From assembly GCA_021613535.1 (NCBI GenBank), contig CP075493.1:124001-188000 (forward strand): 64,000 bases of DNA. The letters are read 5' to 3'. The stretch comes from Adineta vaga. Its lineage: Eukaryota > Animalia > Rotifera. Positions 26,159-37,937 of this stretch are shown here, one piece after another. The translations under genes and the position numbers were made by a program. The stretch's first letter is position 1, and each line of letters begins with the position of its first letter. Under the pieces are notes generated by a model. That model did no database searches and was not told where the DNA came from. It saw only the letters and a program-made list of their open reading frames with translations.

Positions 26159-29100
26159 TTAAACATTTTGGTTTTGTATAAAATGATAGTGCTGAACAAT
26201 GAGGTTTAATAGAAAACCATTTTGTCAAGCATGGCGATGTATGTGGCAACTTTTAAACTCATACGAAACCTTTTTGATTAGTTACGAATATAAAACTTCA
26301 CAAGTATTAGCTATTTTGCGATGCATTGAACTTAAGAATTGTTGAGTACTCTTTGTACAATTTGTGGTAATGTATAAATGAGTATACAAATGGAACGGCA
26401 ACCGGTTGAACTGGTTACCGGTTAGAACGTCTACTGATTCATACGGTGAACCGGTGACTGATCGTCACCATTGCATCCCTATCCTCGAATTATTCTGGCG
26501 AATAAAATGGATATCTGTTAAGTCCATGATGAAGAGTAGATAGCAAGATAACAGATAAAGATCATCTTCTTAACAGCGTTTGTACTAAGAGGGAAAATTC
26601 TCATTCGCAGCCATTCGAATGTCTGCGAATGTCACAGAATGGAAGCAAATGTCTGAGAATATTTGAATAGAGTTTCCCTCTTGGTATGCTTTCAATGTAC
26701 TGAAATTTTTTCGGTAATGATTAGGAATAAATTGAAGACCAATAACGTCGTATTATAGAAAACTCTATCGACTGCAGTTATTTTTTGCAGGGGTATATAT
26801 GTGCTATATACCCATTAAATAACCAGTTAAATATCAAAATTGTTTAATTCTAAGAAAAAAATCTCTAGTGTATGAAATGATGAGCATCAATAACAGACTA
26901 TATCTTTATGTAAGGTAAAGTCTGGTCGTAGTGAGGAATGTATGGATAGTTCGGGATTTATTGTAGTCAAACCTATGTAAAAGGTTCAATACCGGAAGTT
27001 CAACTGTCTATGCGCCATTTTCATTTATTGTATATATTTTCTACCAATTTCTGTCTGTGAGATTTACTCGCCTATTGTATATGCAAGTGTTACAGACATG
27101 TACATACACATGCCTTCACATACTCCTATTCATCTGTTTCTGTTATCTTCTATATACATTCGTTATTACATGATTCTCGAATAAACAGATTGAGATTCGT
27201 CTCTCGAGTGAAGACATCGCTAATAGCAAGGCACTAGAGATAGGTCAGCCTTTATCATACATTTCTCCCAAGGGGTAGAGAGTGCAATTCGAGAATCCTG
27301 GAATCTAAAAATGTTTATGAAATCCTCGGGAACGTATCAGACGTTTTTGGAATCCAAAAATCGTAGATCCGGCATAAAATTTTTAGAAATTTACGAGAAA
27401 TTCTTCCAAAAAAATCGATGATTTTTGGATTATTTTGATAAAATCTTTTGACATTACATTATGTGGATTTACCGTTCGGAATGTTGAATTTGGAAAGATG
27501 TTTGCAAACAGCACTTGTTTTCATATATTATTAGAAAATATTCAAGAGACTTGAATTGGAAGGTGTGGGTATGATCAGGGTAAACATATGACATCCGCAT
27601 CCACCCAACAGCCACTAAAAAACGCGATGTGTTCAAATAAATTCATATATTATCCTTTTTGCAGAGCCCGATGAGTTGTGTTTATTGCAAAAGAAATTTT
27701 GACTCTTCATTATCTCTCTCGAGACATATACTTTCCATAAGGCACAATGGGTACCAAATGTTCTAAGGACTATATTTCTTGAAATAAATAATGGAGACTC
27801 AAGATTTCTTTTACTATAGGCACAGCTCACCGGGCTCTACAAAATGGATAATAGATGAATTGATTCGAACATCTCGTGTTTTTTAGTAGCTGTGGTCCCC
27901 TACGGTAGTTTTATCGTATCCACTAATATTCTTAGCTTGCGACCCTGTTGCCACTTTTCCCCTAACTTTTGAGATAGCCACTGGATAGAGCTTGAAAAAT
28001 TACGCTTACGGTCAAATTTTGATGTTGCGCCAAACTCTTCTTCATAAAAAAGTGTAACAATGAATATGTGTGCACTAAATAAAGGGTCTACTTCGACCCC
28101 AAATGTACCCTTTTTCGCTCAGACTATTTTTGCAGGATAAAAACTACATATTCGTAGAGAACTTGACATTCCGCGCTAGGCAAAATAATTGTTAGTAGGT
28201 ATAATCAGGTATCTAATTAGTTGTAGGCCATCACAATGAAAAATGGAGTGAATAAGGTGGTCAAAGCTAAATAAAAAATAAAGATGTTTTCAAAGGTCTG
28301 ATTATGATATTTGCGTTGAGTACGCCTGGCCCTACATATATGCTTAGTTTTCACTCAAGAAAACAGAAATTCTTTTTCTGAGGATACTTGGGGATATTCT
28401 AAGGGCCAAATAGTCAATATTGTTATTCGCGAAATAAATTTGAAAAAAGTAATCAGATAAATCCATGATTCGAGTCAAATATAAATACATAATTTCTAAT
28501 GTGGAACGTAAAACGGTCTAAGCCGTCCTTCTCCGTTCAAGTCAGGCTTACTGGTGTAAAAGAGATATTAAATAAGCAAGAACCCAAAGATAGTCATAAG
28601 ATTTTCTGAGAATCTTCAAGAATCTATGGGAATCAAATGGAACCCATTGGATCCCGTTGGAGTCCATTGAAGCCATTTGGAATCATTGGAAACCTTAGGA
28701 GTCATTAGAATCGAAAATGAGCGGATTCCGGTCTTTCCCCCTTGATTTATTCCTATCTGATATTAAGGGTATCAGCGTTCTCCGTTCACAAACGTTCCGC
28801 TCCAGAGATGGTCAACTCCACCTCTAGAGTTGAAGTGGAGTGTAGTTGGACTTGGAGTAGCCTAGCCCCGGAGTTACCCATCTCTATTCTGTTCTTTGAA
28901 AACAACATATCTGAATAGGGAGAATGCTATTATCTGTCATTCTTAATATCTTATACCAATGAGACTGACTCATCATGAACATTATTCCCACGTATTTTTA
29001 TATTGCTATGCATTGAATCGATAATTACGTTCCCCATCATGCAAAGGAGAATAGTGCCTATGTTCCCATTCTCGAGAACGGAATGCAAAAGTAACATCCC

Positions 29101-30193
29101 TATCTGACATGTAGGAGCTTATACTAGAACTCCCAGAAAGGCAGAATGCTATTATAAATAAAACTAGAAGTATTTTTCTGAACGGTAATGTGAGCCTAAC
29201 TTTTCTGTAAAGATAATCAAATATTTCTCTATCAAGTTCTTTCTCCATCGAAAATCCATAAATATCTGTCATTTTCTACATTAGTGCTCAAATCTGAAGA
29301 GAAACAATCACTAGAATTAATCCGAAACGAACACAGTTTAAAGACACGCGATGTTCAATCTACGTCTGATTTTTATTCAGAGTTCTCGACCGAGATGACG
29401 ATAAACTTTGCCAATTGTATGACAACATCATGTTTTGCTGCAGGATCAATTATTGCAAACATAGTGGATGCCTTTTCCCGCTGCAATACATTGGTTGATG
29501 TTGGAGGAAGTTGTGGAACTCTTCTGGCTTATATTCTTGCACGTAATACAGGCATTGTTAATGGGATTGTCTTTGATGTACCTGAAATAATCGACTACGC
29601 ATTATCATCCACTGCAAGCAATCATTTTTCACGGTTAAACGTGGCGTCTTCGCGCTACCGTTTCGTTGCCGGTGACATGTTTGATTACAATACTATTCCT
29701 CAAGCTGATGCCTATCTACTGAAATCTATAGTACATAATAATAGTGATGAAAAAGCTGTAGCTATAATGAAATCTTTATACAAAGCAGCTCATAAGCCTG
29801 CTACACTGTTTATTGTAGAGTATATTGTTGAGGAACCAAAATCATCAAATGTCGATCGTCGTCAATGGCCAATATATGCTATAGATTACACTATGCTTGA
29901 ATATTTTGATGGACGCGAAAGAACATTGAACGAATACATCGCACTGCTTGAGAAAGCGGGACTAGTTTTCTTCAAACTTTATGAGACAGGTATTTACGAA
30001 CGCATGATTGAGGCACATATCAAGTAAACCTATCTAATGCGCTCTTCAACTTATTTACATGACGATACATTTCCAACATGAAACATTTATTATAATGTTG
30101 TTAATAAAAGTTTACGCCATGTACCAAAGTATCTTGAGGATGTGTGTGGTTGTAAATCAATAACTGAAAATATAAGTTCAGTCTACACTATCT

Positions 30194-30259
30194 TGAGGGT
30201 GTGGGTGTGGGTGTGGGTGTGGGTGTGGGTGTGGGTGTGGGTGTGGGTGTGGGTGTGGG
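30194..30259 (+). repeat. Interstitial telomeric-type tract TGAGGG(TGTGGG)10
   Basis: Perfect hexamer array between the two convergent OMT genes. Confidence 0.9.
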
Positions 30260-30686
30260 TGTGATAACCTCATAGCTATTCTTTGGAAGAACTCTCTTCG
30301 TAAGGGTTTTGTAGAGAATTTCATGGGCTATCTTTTGAAAAAAACTAAAGTATATACGTCACAATTTGAGAGAGATAATTGCAAAATACTGAGAGGTCCA
30401 TTCATTTTGTGACACCCGTTATGATTTGATACATATGTTCATCAGATAAGAATAACATATAGATAATATGATGTATCAAGGGATGATAAGCGCGAGAGAA
30501 AAGCGGCGGAAGAGAGGGAAAGATGAAGGGAGAAAGAAATGTAAGCCATGGACAAATGTCATAGTACATAAAAAGAAAGAAATAAGGAAGTGTTGAATCT
30601 TTTCAGAGGGTCACAGTGAGTTTTATGTTTTGTCTATCATAAAGTACGCCAGGCTGTTTTGATTAAATAATGTCATAGTGTTTCAA

Positions 30687-31844
30687 CTAAGTGCAGATTT
30701 CAGTCATTGTGGTGGCTTCAATAACAGATATTTCAGTGTTTGTTTTGTATAATTGATTGAATTCGTAACCACTTTTCTTCAGTATACTAATGTACTCAGA
30801 CAAAGTCCTCTCTTTGGATCCTGCTGTTAACACTGCTAGATCCACAGCATGTGCTTCCCAGTTCTCGTTGCCATTTGAGAAAATGACCATTTCCGCAATA
30901 AACACTGTAACATTTCTTTGCATAAGAGCTTTGTTAGCAGAACGAATTGATTTAAGTATTTCAATAGACTTTTCATCGTTCCAATCATGAAGAACGTGTT
31001 TTAAGATATAAGCATCGGCTATCGGTATGGTCTCTGGATCGAACATATTACCAGCAACAAATTCGTAACGATTTGGTTCAATGTATTTTCGCTGAAATTC
31101 ATTTAGATTCATCGTTTTAGCGCTTTCAATAACATGCGCTAAATCGAAGAGAATTCCGTGTATATTTGGATTTGCCTCCAGAATTGATGATAGCAATGTT
31201 CCCAAACCACCAGCAGTATCAACTAATTTGCTGAAACGAGTAAAGTCAATGGCTGCAACTAGCGGCGCGACGACGTGATGTGAATAAGCAACCATAGAAT
31301 TATTGAATGCACTTGCGAATTCTTTGTTTTCTTCCTTTGTCATGTATTCGAACACACTGCAACCAAATGCTTGCTCCCAACAGTCGTAACTTGAAGAATT
31401 AGATTTTATTAAAGAAGGAAAATGTGACATAACCTGTGTCCACGTCGGATGTAAGCTTGCTCGAATCAAATCGCGTGCTTTTGAGAAATGATCGCTCGTC
31501 AAGAGTAACCCATCATCTGTTAACTGGAAACGAACCGTTTCCTCTTGACAACTATTCATGCTTGGGACGTTACTACCAGTATCGATTTCATTTATTATAT
31601 CAGCATCAGCAATTACGCGCAACAGCCTATATAGAAACTTAGCATTCCAATTATTTTCGCCGAATTGACTCAACTCCAATGCCGTTACTGGTTTTTGATA
31701 TTGAGCCATAAGATCAGCGATATTCAATTCACAGAATGCCCATATAGCTCTCTCGATACCTGCAAGTAAGGTTAGAGATACGTATTTCGAAAGACCTTTG
31801 CGTTTTGTTTGAGATTGGAAAATATCATCTTTGTGTTCGGCCAT
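30687..31844 (-). CDS. SAM-dependent O-methyltransferase (Methyltransf_2 with dimerization domain), intact, ~385 aa
   Basis: Likely start MAEHK at 31844, after a splice acceptor at 31862. Motifs LYRLLR, AFNNSM, LVDTAGGLG, GNMFD, catalytic KHVLHDWND, KERTLSEY. Confidence 0.93.
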   Translation of the reverse strand: MAEHKDDIFQSQTKRKGLSKYVSLTLLAGIERAIWAFCELNIADLMAQYQKPVTALELSQFGENNWNAKFLYRLLRVIADADIINEIDTGSNVPSMNSCQEETVRFQLTDDGLLLTSDHFSKARDLIRASLHPTWTQVMSHFPSLIKSNSSSYDCWEQAFGCSVFEYMTKEENKEFASAFNNSMVAYSHHVVAPLVAAIDFTRFSKLVDTAGGLGTLLSSILEANPNIHGILFDLAHVIESAKTMNLNEFQRKYIEPNRYEFVAGNMFDPETIPIADAYILKHVLHDWNDEKSIEILKSIRSANKALMQRNVTVFIAEMVIFSNGNENWEAHAVDLAVLTAGSKERTLSEYISILKKSGYEFNQLYKTNTEISVIEATTMTEICT

Positions 31845-32815
31845 TGTGGTTAATATAGAATCTGTAAAGTAATAGGCACAGAATGGAAAATGACTGATAT
31901 TATCATTCACTATTTTTTTTTCATTAATTTGTTTATCACATAAACAAAATATATCAATTTGTCCAAGCATGACGAAATCACATGTTTTCCCTTTCTCTCT
32001 TCAATATCTCAGCTCATTGAAGTCGGTTATATTGATTACCCTCATAAGATATACAAGTAGGCCTGCCCTACCCAGACAGACAAGCGCCCCAAAAAAAACT
32101 GTAAAAACGTTAACATTTTAACGGAGATAAAATCGAGAAAAGCGCACAATTTAAGGCGTTATAACGCGTTCAGTTTTTGGAAATTAACGACTGATACTCC
32201 GCTAATCCTTACAAAATAACTCGTTATTACGAAGAAAAGTTGAATACAGTAAAATGTATTAAAACATTTATGCGTAAAAACGCCATTATTTTTTAGTGAC
32301 TGTAGGATGGGTATGAGTGTCATATATTTACCCACACCCTCCAATTCAAGTCTCTTGAGTGTTTTCTTATGATATATGAAAACAGGTGCTGTTTGCAAAC
32401 ATCTTTCCAAATTCAACTTTCGAAACGGTAAATCTACATAATGTAATCTCAAAAGATTTTATCAAAATAATCCAAAAATCATAGATTTTGGGGTGTGGGT
32501 GTGGGTTTACTTCAGTCTAGAGTCTTCACCCACACCCACACCCTAAACGTCAAGAATACTATTTTTCAAGCCTTATAGCGCATCTTTTGAAAATTTGAGT
32601 CAACTCCGGAAGTAAAAGCATACTTTAACGTTCGAAGTCCAAGATTTGCATAGTTTTCACGCCGTAAAAGTGAAGGTTTATTATGAGAAAACACGAAACA
32701 TGCTAAAAACAACGTTTTTATTTTGAGTGTTAATGAATCACAATCACGGTTCTCGATTGAGAGTTTAAATGCGTTTTTTTATATTCTTGCCTGCTGATGT
32801 ATTTGTCTAATAGAA

Positions 32816-33865
32816 TTATTGATGTTCTAATATTTTCTGTAATTTAGCAAATTGAAACATCAAATCTTCAATTGTTTTCTCGAAAGAAATATATGTAACA
32901 CCTAACTCCTTTTGTGATTTAGAACTATCGATACGATAATGTTCAGGTAACTGTTGACCTTTTATCCCGATTGGTGTTGTGTCTTTAATTATTTTTGGAA
33001 TAACAACACTTTCATGAATGATATCAGCTGTTCTCTGCATACTCCAAGCTTCTGCTGCGATAAGGTATCGTTCATTTGTACCATTTACTCGTTCCAAAGC
33101 TGCAATTTGTGTATAAGCTACATCTCTTACATCAATTTCGATAGGAATATGTGATTCAGGAATTTGTGCATGTTTACCACTAGTAACTAGAGACCATAGT
33201 AAAATATTTGTGGAGGATATATCATCTACAGATTTTAAGTCACTAGCAGATGGACCAAAAACGAATGGTTCACATATTGTTGCAATGGTAAACGAAGGTT
33301 TTTCTTTTTCTATAAATTTCCATACAGCACGCTCAGCAAATACTTTGGATACACAATAAGCTTTATGTGGCTCATCTTTTGCAGCAACACCTTGTTCATA
33401 TGTTAATGGACACCAATCTTGTTCTGTATAAGAATAACCAGGACGTGATCCTCTAGTTGGATCGAAAACTGCAACAAATGATGATGTAACAACTATTCGT
33501 TTAATTTGATGTTGATGATTTTGATTATATTGATGAGCTGACTGTAAAATTCCTTTAGTTCCATTGATTGCTGGTTGAAGAAAATCTTTTTCTGGATTTA
33601 CTAATTTGAAATTTATTGGTGATGCAATATGCATAACACCATCAACACCTTGAACAGCTTCATCAAATGAATCAGTGCTAATATCATTAATATATACGAA
33701 TGATATTCGATTTTGATAATCTTTTTGAATACTATCAAGTACTTGTTGTGCTTTCGTTTCAGATCGAACTGTTCCACGAATATGATATCCTTTTTCCAGA
33801 AGATATTTTATAATCCATCCAGCAATAAAAGAATTAGCACCTGTAACAAGAATAGTTTTCGACAT
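32816..33865 (-). CDS. Extended SDR, NADPH-dependent aldehyde/ketoreductase of the GRE2/aldehyde reductase II/DFR-like family
   Basis: LVTGANSFIA Rossmann motif, HIASP, PAINGT, VVTSS, YCVSK (YxxxK), IDVRDVA; uninterrupted 349-aa ORF. Confidence 0.92.
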   Translation of the reverse strand: MSKTILVTGANSFIAGWIIKYLLEKGYHIRGTVRSETKAQQVLDSIQKDYQNRISFVYINDISTDSFDEAVQGVDGVMHIASPINFKLVNPEKDFLQPAINGTKGILQSAHQYNQNHQHQIKRIVVTSSFVAVFDPTRGSRPGYSYTEQDWCPLTYEQGVAAKDEPHKAYCVSKVFAERAVWKFIEKEKPSFTIATICEPFVFGPSASDLKSVDDISSTNILLWSLVTSGKHAQIPESHIPIEIDVRDVAYTQIAALERVNGTNERYLIAAEAWSMQRTADIIHESVVIPKIIKDTTPIGIKGQQLPEHYRIDSSKSQKELGVTYISFEKTIEDLMFQFAKLQKILEHQ

Positions 33866-34090
33866 GCTATTCGAAATCTATGAAATAAAAAGACGAATAT
33901 ATTCTGTTATTATGTAAAGAATAGAAAAAAAACGATTTATTCTTTTGTATAGTTTTTTCTGTAATATAAAAATAATCGAGTATTCAATACACGTGCTTCG
34001 AAGAAAAAATCTATTGGTTGAATAACAGGTTTATTTTTCTTCGCTTGCTTGTTCCTTAAGAGAGGGTCCATGAGAAAATCAAGGATTTTA

Positions 34091-35497
34091 GGGTGCAGGA
34101 AATGCAAAATTACAGTGGATTTTTTTCCTCGTTTGTTTATATATGGGTTCATATAGAATGACACGCTGATCACGAATATATATAAATTGTTTCGATCTGA
34201 TCGCTGTTTGACTGAGAAAAACGCGAAATACCTTCAATGACTAAAAATGTCATATATCTTGCTTCCTTTACAGAAACTGTTCAACTATGAGAACAATTAT
34301 CACTTTAAATATTTTTAAATATCATATTCTGAATCAGCATGAAAAACTGAATCAGAGAATGCTATTTGATCAGATTCAAAACCAAAACAATTTAAAAAAT
34401 TCTGTGCAACATTCATACCCTCATATGCGAAAAAAGTACATATCCGTGACAAATCGTATAAGTCTATCTAGTTTTTTTCTTTTAAGAGGTAGAATCAACT
34501 GTCATATCTCAATCGAACCGCCAGAACGTGGGCTACAAAAGTACTTATTTAGTTTTTTTAAATTTTGTTTTATTGTTGACAAAATTGAATTTTTTCTTCT
34601 GTTGAATACTAATATTAACCAAATCCATGAAAAATGAGTTTGTTTTAAACAGTTTTTATAACTATAATTCATTTGACAGCAAAATGAATTTCATATTCGG
34701 AATCACCATAAAAAACTACATTGAATAACATACCTTTTAGTAAAAACTGTTTCTGACCCAAAATTCATCCGTGGCCCACGTCACGTTTTTTTTGTAAAAT
34801 TTTGCCTGTGGTCCCCCAGGGTCGATTTTTCATAGGAAATAAAAACTAATGAAATCTATATTATTCGATATAGTTTTTTATGGTGATTCCGAATATGAAA
34901 TTCATTTTGCTGTCAAATGAATTATAGTTATAAAAACTGTTTAAAACAAACTCATTTTTCATGGATTTGGTTAATATTAGTATTCAACAGAAGAAAAAAT
35001 TCAATTTTGTCAACAATAAAACAAAATTTAAAAAAACTAAATAAGTACTTTTGTAGCCCACGTTCTGGCGGTTCGAATGAGATATGACAGTTGATTCTAC
35101 CTCTTAAAAGAAAAAAACTAGATAGACTTATACGATTTGTCACGGATATGTACTTTTTTCGCATATGAGGGTATGAATGTTGCACAGAATTTTTTAAATT
35201 GTTTTGGTTTTGAATCTGATCAAATAGCATTCTCTGATTCAGTTTTTCATGCTGATTCAGAATATGATATTTAAAAATATTTAAAGTGATAATTGTTCTC
35301 ATAGTTGAACAGTTTCTGTAAAGGAAGCAAGATATATGACATTTTTAGTCATTGAAGGTATTTCGCGTTTTTCTCAGTCAAACAGCGATCAGATCGAAAC
35401 AATTTATATATATTCGTGATCAGCGTGTCATTCTATATGAACCCATATATAAACAAACGAGGAAAAAAATCCACTGTAATTTTGCATTTCCTGCACC
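34091..35497. mobile_element. Near-perfect 1.4-kb foldback MITE (PIF/Harbinger-like)
   Basis: ~640-bp arms that are almost identical reverse complements (ggtgcaggaaatgc / gcatttcctgcacc), flanked by TTA. Confidence 0.9.
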
Positions 35498-36647
35498 TTA
35501 TATCACTCTGGAAGTAAGGTCAATGGTCACTAGATAGGGTCGTCTACAGTGTGGTCCCTGCTAACTTGTCTCTCCAGTTTTCTATTACTTTTTGAAGTAC
35601 ACATAACTCTCGGATTTAAATCCGAGGTTTACACATTTATTTTTTCTTGGCTCAGCATGGATATTTTCCATTGTTGTATGTTCGTTGTCGACTTTAACCA
35701 GGGCTACACGAAGCAGGAAAGAGTGCTGGATGCCGTCTCTTCCAATAATCGAAAAATATCAGTTATAATCAAATTTGAAATTTCCGAGCATAATCCAAAG
35801 AGATTGGTTAATGGTCGGATTCAACGTCGAAGCGAGATATTTTTCGAGAGAAAATCGCGGCGAAATTGCAAAAAGCTTTTGCGGCGCGATGATTTTCTTA
35901 AGCATTCGTCCAATATACTGTCGAAAATTGCACGAAATTTGGATTGTGCAAAGGTTTTTCAGGAAAACCCGAATTTCTGTTAAGGAGTAGCTGCTCAAAC
36001 TAACGCGAGAAAGTTGGACTTTCGCGAAGTTTTGCTCATGAAAGCACAAAGTTCCCCATCATTGCGTCAAAAAATTAGGATTCTCGCCAATTTTTGCGCG
36101 AAAATGTCGAATTTTTTTATGAAGAAGCGTCTGAATGAGAAAAAAATGCTACCAGTCACAGAAAAAATGTTGATCGCCTTCTCGCACAATCGTAAGTTCT
36201 AAAGGAATAGTTCATGCTTCCACATTTTTTTTCTGATGCTGCTCTTTTAATAGAATGAAGAATATGACAGGAGCATTTTCTTACCGAGAATGGATTTATG
36301 AGCAAAGAGCCCCTTCTCTTTTGCAGTGCGAACTGCTTGGCTAGCTCGTCAGATGATGTTAAAGAATCTTGGTCTACTCGTCTTCGTCTATTTAGCAGGT
36401 GATCTACGACGACACTACTTTCATACAGGCGAAAGCGTAGGTAATATGACCATGTTTGATAATAATAAAAAAGAAGAAAAAACATTGAATTATCATTACA
36501 TTGTGTACATAATGTCTTCTATTGAGCTATGAAAATCATGGCCGTCTAAAAAAAACCACTTGAACTGAAATCAAAGAGTTCCGTTTCTATTTCATGTTCG
36601 AAACTGATCATAGTGTCGGAATCTCGTTTTTTAGACTAGATTTTGAG

Positions 36648-37496
36648 ATGACCACGCTGCCTCATTTGGACGAACGAAGTATATTTTCATATCCGCCTCC
36701 CACTTATAACCCATCAGCGAAAGAAATTGCGGCAAAGTCTCGTGGCAAAGACATTGCTAAGGATGACAGCAACGAAATTTCCGATGTCATTGATTGTCCA
36801 ACGGAAATTCATTGTACCTTACCAGATGGCCTCAAAGTAAAAAATCATCCAACTTCAGATGGTAAAGCAAATTGGGCACTGTATGCTACAAAATTCATTC
36901 CAAAACATTCAATTCTTTATACTGTACCATTTATGGGTTATGTACGCGGGACAGATGCCATGTTCAACTTAATCGTTGACCCAGAAGGTAATGGATATTT
37001 CGATATCATTTTTCAGCCCGTCTTATTGAAAGATGATCTTGTCACTACATCTTGTTACTTACAGGTACAGTAGTGCCAATGAGCGTCTCTTGCCATTTAG
37101 CTCCTTGTGCAAAGGATGTATATTATCTGACAACATATCCAGCATTATTGAATCACAGCTGTGATCCAAGCACTTGTTACAGAACCCCAGACCTGAAAGA
37201 AGGTCATGTTACGGCTATTACATTAAGAGATTTATATCCGGATGACGAAATTACAATTGATATTTGTTTGGCATCATATAAGATTCCAGGTATGATATAT
37301 TTGTTTTTCCGATAAAAATCTGAACAGTATTTGGTTCTTTTAAGAGGATTATATTCCAAGCTGTCGCTGTAAAATGCCGTCGTGTCGTGGAAGAATACTT
37401 GGATTTCAAGCTCTCAGTGATACTGAAAAAGAGAAACTTTTACCATATGCAAGATTTGATCTACAAGTGGCGTATTGGATGGGCAAGCATATGTAA
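36648..37496 (+). CDS. Small SET + post-SET domain protein, 3 coding exons, ~238 aa
   Basis: Exons 36648-36987, 37065-37289, 37345-37496 join in frame via GT..AG introns. Motifs WALYATKFIP, LLNHSCDPS, RDLYPDDEITID, post-SET CRCKMPSCRG. Confidence 0.85.
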
Positions 37497-37937
37497 TTGT
37501 TAGTGTCAATGGTCCCACAGCTTTTGTCGTTAACTTTTAGTGACGGCTAGACGTTCTTTTTCTTTTCTGTTTTCTTTCCATTATGACTCATGTCACGCAT
37601 CAGTAGAGTCACTTCATAGTTTTTCATTGCTCAATGATTCGTATTTTATCGCGGATTATACATTTCCATCCATCTATTTTTGTGGTTAATTTTCTCTTCC
37701 CTTCTCAGTTGTTCTCCTCTTCTCCACTCTCGTGATGGATGCATTCATCATTTCCACTGTCTTCTCATCAGCCCCATGCTCTTGTTAGTCATTCCCACAT
37801 TTTCTTCAATAAAAACTGAACATCATCCTTTATCTTCGATCATTGATCACGCATGATCGGTGACGGAGCCTTTACTTTTACCATTTTCCTTTTCTCTTGC
37901 AGATCAAAACTCATTGAAGAGTAGTCTTTCGATCTAA

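Larger units (their letters stand above)
24855..26481. mobile_element. hAT-type MITE (AACCG-rich) in the OMT intron
   Basis: 8-bp TSD tcctcgaa; imperfect TIR taggtatacaacggtga / tcaccattgcatcccta. Confidence 0.8.
24459..30027 (+). pseudogene. SAM-dependent O-methyltransferase (Methyltransf_2/COMT-like with dimerization domain), 2 exons, +1 frameshift near the 5' end
   Basis: Exon 1 24459..24796 (RAIWMFAELNVAD..LHRLLR..FILTETGRLL) and exon 2 29285..30027 join in frame across a phase-1 GT..AG intron. Motifs LVDVGGSCG, GDMFD, LKSIVHNNSD, GRERTLNEY. An extra base near 24549 (gaa c cgc gct) puts the ATG at 24459 out of frame. Confidence 0.8.

Noticed and set aside
26909-27215. Solo-LTR candidates (also ~30408..30615 and from ~37504)
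   Set aside because: TG..CA-like ends or AATAAA are present but no matching target-site duplication was found.
30194-30259. True chromosome end or telomere-fusion site
   Set aside because: The tract is short, internal, and begins with the same flank as other dispersed copies.
31845-31970. N-terminal 42-aa extension of the OMT2 ORF
   Set aside because: Low-complexity intron-like sequence ending in an acceptor; the paralog supports the start at 31844.
34287-35302. Two near-identical 116-aa ORFs on opposite strands
   Set aside because: Mirror-image artefacts of the foldback MITE arms; no protein motifs.
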